Below, piece after piece: positions 59,864 to 64,000 of a DNA stretch of 64,000 nucleotides. Position 1 is the stretch's first letter, and each line of letters starts with the position of its first letter. The DNA is from Deferribacterales bacterium (GTDB taxonomy: Bacteria; Chrysiogenota; Deferribacteres; Deferribacterales; Geovibrionaceae), in assembly GCA_050253075.1 (NCBI GenBank), contig JBFWJS010000001.1, positions 192,001-256,000 of the forward strand. Direction: 5' to 3'. The position numbers were made by a program, and so were the translations under genes. The notes under the pieces were generated by a model that saw nothing but the letters and a program-made list of their open reading frames with translations, was not told the origin of the DNA and did not search any database.

Positions 59864-61381
59864 TTAATCATATAGTATTCTGGTGTCCAGCTCGATGGAG
59901 ATACCGAAGGTATCCATGAATATCTTCGCCTTTTCCTCAAATGAGAGCTTCTCCAGAAACGGTGTCTTTTTGCATTTCGCTCTTATGACTATCTTCCCCT
60001 GAAGTATATCGACATCAAAGTCGGTGATGAGGTTCATATGTGATGCGTCCAGGGCATCCGCCACACGGAGTATGCTCACCAGCTTCTTCACGAGGAGCTG
60101 TTTCTCAAGGGGAAAGTAGGTGTATTTATTCTCGAACCAGCTCTCCACATCGCCGTTGTGCATCAGCACCAGATAGGAGACTATCTTCACAAACTGCCTG
60201 TCCAGACCGGGTATCTCTATGGACTGTACAAGGTAGTACGAGTGCTTATTATGATTTTTTGCACCGATGTAGTTCCCCACGTCGGACAGTATGGATGCAG
60301 CCTCCAGTATCAGCTTTTCCCTGCGCCCGAGGGAGTGGAGCGGACGGAGCTTTTCAAACAGCTTCATAGAGAAGCGTACGGTCGTCTCGGCATGGTTTGC
60401 GTCCATATTATACCTGCGGCCGATGCCGTATATGGTGTTTCTTACACGATGAATGAAGCCCCTGTCATGGATATTGCCCGAATAGAAAAGGCTGAGCGTA
60501 TGAGGGAATGACTGTCTGGTAAACTTCACCGTGTCCGTACCCACATAGTCCATAAGTTTCAGGTATGTGACCAGCGTCGGGAGCAGGACGGAAGCCTCCT
60601 CCTTTCTTATGTTCAGGTCTGTCATGATGCTGTCACGGGGCATCTGCTTTATTCTTTCATAGAGCTTTTCGAGGTCTTTCCTCTGGAGCTCGTTCTTTTT
60701 CGGTTTTAATATAGCGAGCAGGATGTTCAGCGAGCTGCCCGCACTGACAAAGTGCTTCGGACGTGTTTCCTTGGTCATCACCCCGTCCATAGCATAGAAC
60801 ATTTTCATTATATACTGCTCATAGGCCTTATATCTGCTGATGCGGGGGATATCTCCGAATATACGTCTGAGGCGCAGGCTTCCATATGGTAGAGCGCCCG
60901 AGTATACGTTCTGGTGGTCTTTCAGCACTGCGAGGGCAACGTTACCGCTAGATATGTTTGCGATGAGTACGCCCTCTTTCTCATATTCGTCAAAGTTTGC
61001 TATGTCGTTTTTAACACCGACGTATTTTATATATATCTCGTCTGCGGGCTCGATTATCTCGAGATCGATACCCGTCTCCTGACGTATATGGTCTATGAAG
61101 AAGGCTCTGTTCACAGCCTCCCGCACACCGCTGGTGCAGACCGCTTTATAGTGTTTTCCTATGTTGTATTCGTCCAGCTTCTGAGCGAACTTTTTCAGGA
61201 TGGCCGTCGCCTGATAGACATTTTCAAGGGTGATGAAACCCTTGGAGAACGTATCTTTCCCCAGCCTGAAAGGCTTGATAAGGTACTCGAGGGTACGTTC
61301 CTCGCCCTTTACATATTCGCTGATGTGCATCCTGAATGCGCTTGCCCCGATGTTTATCGCGGCAAAGACCCCGTTTTTCAT
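59864..61381 (-). CDS. Ppx/GppA-like protein with degenerate catalytic motifs
   Basis: NIGASAFRM, CTSGVREA, NISSGNVA in place of DIGGGSTE; C-terminal HD-like domain with SDVG. Confidence 0.82.
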   Translation of the reverse strand: MKNGVFAAINIGASAFRMHISEYVKGEERTLEYLIKPFRLGKDTFSKGFITLENVYQATAILKKFAQKLDEYNIGKHYKAVCTSGVREAVNRAFFIDHIRQETGIDLEIIEPADEIYIKYVGVKNDIANFDEYEKEGVLIANISSGNVALAVLKDHQNVYSGALPYGSLRLRRIFGDIPRISRYKAYEQYIMKMFYAMDGVMTKETRPKHFVSAGSSLNILLAILKPKKNELQRKDLEKLYERIKQMPRDSIMTDLNIRKEEASVLLPTLVTYLKLMDYVGTDTVKFTRQSFPHTLSLFYSGNIHDRGFIHRVRNTIYGIGRRYNMDANHAETTVRFSMKLFEKLRPLHSLGRREKLILEAASILSDVGNYIGAKNHNKHSYYLVQSIEIPGLDRQFVKIVSYLVLMHNGDVESWFENKYTYFPLEKQLLVKKLVSILRVADALDASHMNLITDFDVDILQGKIVIRAKCKKTPFLEKLSFEEKAKIFMDTFGISIELDTRILYD

Positions 61382-62904
61382 GCGAGAACCACCGTCTTCT
61401 TTAATAATTTGGAAATAAGTTCTTTCTTCAGCTCAAAGTCTCGTATCTCCATAGAGATATCGCCCTTGCTGGTGATCTTTATCACCACCGCATCTTCCTT
61501 CACTTCCACGGCCAGCTTCTTTATCTGCCCCTTGTGGGATCTGTCGAGTGCTATGGCTATGCGGAGCAGACCCGCCAGCTTTTCCACACGCTCCCTATCC
61601 CCTTCGTCCAGCAGGTTATAGTCGTCATGGCTGGATTTCGGAGGGCTCTTGCGGTGGTATCTGGCGATGTTGGCTATCATCTCCACTTCTTTTATGGAAT
61701 AGCCCACGAGCTCGCTGTGCTTTATCAGGTAATACGAGTGTTTATGGTGCTTTGAGTATGCGATGTGCTTCCCCACGTCACGCAGAATAGCCGCCGCCTC
61801 GAGGAGCAGCCAGTCCCTGCCCATAAGCCCGAGCTCCACTGCTAGCCCGTCGTAAAGCATATGAGCCAGCTTCATCACCTGTATGGCGCCCGATTCGTCA
61901 AATTCGAATTTATTACCTATCTCCAGCAGTCTGGAGTGTCTGATATTCTCTGTGTTGTTCTGAAAGGGGAGCTCTATCCCCATCCTGTTTATGGTGTCGA
62001 TGGTGAGCCCCGAGCGCAGTCCGCCCGAAAGGGTGTAAAATCCGCTCGCACCTGTCTCGTTCAGAACCATATCCGTCTGGATAGCAGCGGGCAGAATGAG
62101 GTCGCCCCTGTTCTCTTCCAGTCCTTCTGTTTTTATACGCTGAATGTAAGATTTTTGTGCGAAATCTTTAATAAATTTTTTAAGAAAGATACGCTCGACA
62201 TATTTAACGTTGCTGGCACGCACCAGTTTGTCTTTATAATGCTTCACCACGGCGACGTTGTTCATCGATCCGCCCGTGCATATGACCATATCCACGTCAC
62301 GTCCGAGCCCGACAGCCTGTAATGATCTTATGATGTGTTCCTTCATGGCCAGTATCTGGCATGATGTCGGAGGGTCGTCTTTGAGGAATTCACGCATCAG
62401 CCTGTTACACCCGAGGGGGAGACTGACGGATGTACCCATCTTTCCGTCCTCTATGATGGTGTATTCGGTACTGCCTCCGCCGATATCGACCACGACAGCC
62501 TTTCGCCCTGCGAGCTCAAAATTGGCGGTAGCAGCGAGGTATGTCAGGCGGGCTTCCTCCTCCCCTGATATCACCTCTATCTTTATCCCTGTGGCATCCT
62601 CGACGTGTATGAGCGCCTCGCCCATGTTGTCCGCCTCACGGAATGCCGCCGTCGCTATTGCCCTGATGGTCTCGCACCCTCTGCTTTCGGCGAGCTTCTT
62701 CACGCCGATGAGTGTCTCGACTATCCTCTCTATCACCTCGGGGGTGAAGTATCCGACGGTATATATCGAATCTCCCAGACGGAGCATAGCTTTATAATCT
62801 TCTAATATCCTGTAGCTCTTATCCTTTACTTCTGATATCTGCATGCGGAGGGAGTTGCTCCCTATGTCCACGACGGCTATGTTCAGATAGTCTCCTGCAC
62901 CCAT
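61378..62904 (-). CDS. ppx: Exopolyphosphatase Ppx/GppA
   Basis: DIGSNSLR, ATAAFREA, ISGEEEARL, DIGGGSTE, SLPLG, GLRSG; C-terminal ARYHRK. Confidence 0.92.
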   Translation of the reverse strand: MGAGDYLNIAVVDIGSNSLRMQISEVKDKSYRILEDYKAMLRLGDSIYTVGYFTPEVIERIVETLIGVKKLAESRGCETIRAIATAAFREADNMGEALIHVEDATGIKIEVISGEEEARLTYLAATANFELAGRKAVVVDIGGGSTEYTIIEDGKMGTSVSLPLGCNRLMREFLKDDPPTSCQILAMKEHIIRSLQAVGLGRDVDMVICTGGSMNNVAVVKHYKDKLVRASNVKYVERIFLKKFIKDFAQKSYIQRIKTEGLEENRGDLILPAAIQTDMVLNETGASGFYTLSGGLRSGLTIDTINRMGIELPFQNNTENIRHSRLLEIGNKFEFDESGAIQVMKLAHMLYDGLAVELGLMGRDWLLLEAAAILRDVGKHIAYSKHHKHSYYLIKHSELVGYSIKEVEMIANIARYHRKSPPKSSHDDYNLLDEGDRERVEKLAGLLRIAIALDRSHKGQIKKLAVEVKEDAVVIKITSKGDISMEIRDFELKKELISKLLKKTVVLA

Positions 62905-62933
62905 TGATCACCTTTTAATAGAATATGGAACTT

Positions 62934-63677
62934 TTATTTTATAATACTATTAATCTCGTCCCATAATCCAGCAAAAGACCGTGCCGCAGATGATCTTGGT
63001 GCAAATTCTGCGACAGGAGCACGATGCAGGCCCATTTTTTCTACGTCTGCGCTGTAGGGCACCCAGCTTTCGAGGGGGCGCACACCATTTTCGCTGAAGC
63101 TGTCTGCTATGTCACGGTGCATTTTTTTTCGTCTGTCCATCATGGAAAAGAATGCGCAGACCTCCGTGTCGGTTATCTTTTCAGAGCGGAGGTGATCCAT
63201 CAGCATACCGCATGTCCGCACAGACAGCACTGTCGGTATCAGCGGCATAAGCATCACGTCAGACGCTCGGATGATGTTCTCCGACAGCAGACCTATCCCC
63301 GGGGGACTGTCCACAAGGAGCAGATCATACTCTTCGAACGCCTTTTTCAGAGCCGCTTTTATCACACGCTTCGGCTTCTTCTGCTCGCCGAGGACGATGT
63401 CCAGATTTCTATATGAAAAATCCGACGGCAGGATATCCACATTCTCGTAGTCGGTCGCCTTTATGCTTTTATCAAGACTGTTACCTTTTGTCAGAGCCTT
63501 GCTGATGTCCTTCTTTATCTTCGGCTTCACACGGAAATAATATGTGCATGCCGCCTGCGGGTCGAGATCCCACACGAGGGTTTTCAGCCCCGCCTTCCCT
63601 GCGAAATACGCAAGGTTCACAGTGGAGGCTGTCTTTCCCACGCCACCTTTGATGTTAAATACCGATACTACTTTCAT
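62934..63677 (-). CDS. ParA/MinD-family ATPase, no parB adjacent within the window
   Basis: Deviant Walker A KGGVGKT, DLDPQ, DSPP. Confidence 0.92.
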   Translation of the reverse strand: MKVVSVFNIKGGVGKTASTVNLAYFAGKAGLKTLVWDLDPQAACTYYFRVKPKIKKDISKALTKGNSLDKSIKATDYENVDILPSDFSYRNLDIVLGEQKKPKRVIKAALKKAFEEYDLLLVDSPPGIGLLSENIIRASDVMLMPLIPTVLSVRTCGMLMDHLRSEKITDTEVCAFFSMMDRRKKMHRDIADSFSENGVRPLESWVPYSADVEKMGLHRAPVAEFAPRSSAARSFAGLWDEINSIIK

Positions 63678-64000
63678 TTGAATAATTCTCCGAATAAAGG
63701 CTTATAGTCCATAAAGGACATGATGAGCCTGAGTGCCTTTTCCCGCTCTGCCGCCTGTTTATCAGCGAGCACCGCCGTGAGGAATCCGCAAGCAGAGGCT
63801 GTCTTCGGGCTCCATTTACCGCTCTCCACCAGCTCTTCCAGCATCAGCTGCTGGACATGATAGTCGTTGTGGTCGCCGAGGGAATCCTGCAGAACCTTCA
63901 TATCCTTCAGCATGGGAGCGGTCTTCTCTTTGTCGAAAAGTGATGAATAGAACTCCAGCAGATACCTTATCTTTTTGAAACTGATGCGTATCTGATGCAC
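63674..64000 (-). CDS. CHAD domain (polyphosphate-binding) protein, 5' part outside window
   Basis: HQIRISFKKIRYLLEF and LQDSLGDHND signatures; stop overlaps the ParA start (ATGA). Confidence 0.85.
   Translation of the reverse strand: MHQIRISFKKIRYLLEFYSSLFDKEKTAPMLKDMKVLQDSLGDHNDYHVQQLMLEELVESGKWSPKTASACGFLTAVLADKQAAEREKALRLIMSFMDYKPLFGELFK

Overview
64 kb of core bacterial chromosome. The gene content and order suggest an anaerobic Gram-negative, plausibly Deferribacterota (Denitrovibrio/Seleniivibrio-like); this is an inference with no search behind it. In order: comEC (partial), dnaE-thiD, a repeat-rich intergenic block, the rpmH-rnpA-yidD-yidC-jag-YHS-tal operon divergent from rplU-rpmA-obgE-dciA-def, four exported hypotheticals, a complete nuoA-N operon whose NuoF is HydB-like, rluD/M48/YjgN, rpsF-ssb-rpsR-DUF2232-CDF-dapL, a 5'-nucleotidase, an isolated dnaA, M16 peptidase-purN-purM-RomR-like regulator, coaD-rsmD-radical SAM-rnc-fab/plsX-rpmF-yceD, hisE/hisF and a polyphosphate operon. 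No rRNA, tRNA, CRISPR array or classical IS was seen. Strongest leads: (1) a CHAD-ParA-Ppx-pseudoPpx-Ppk1 operon that could position polyP granules; (2) a small GIY-YIG nuclease gene between hisF and hisE, flanked by 68-bp direct repeats built from GTCA-tagged palindromes that are also dispersed elsewhere in the window (a REP/RAYT-like arrangement with a different enzyme); (3) complex I with electron-bifurcation signatures in NuoF; (4) two genes (rnpA and the CDF transporter) whose conserved N-termini have no ATG/GTG/TTG; (5) an unannotated 36-aa Cys4 protein with its own promoter, RBS and terminator; (6) a second modular hairpin repeat family.
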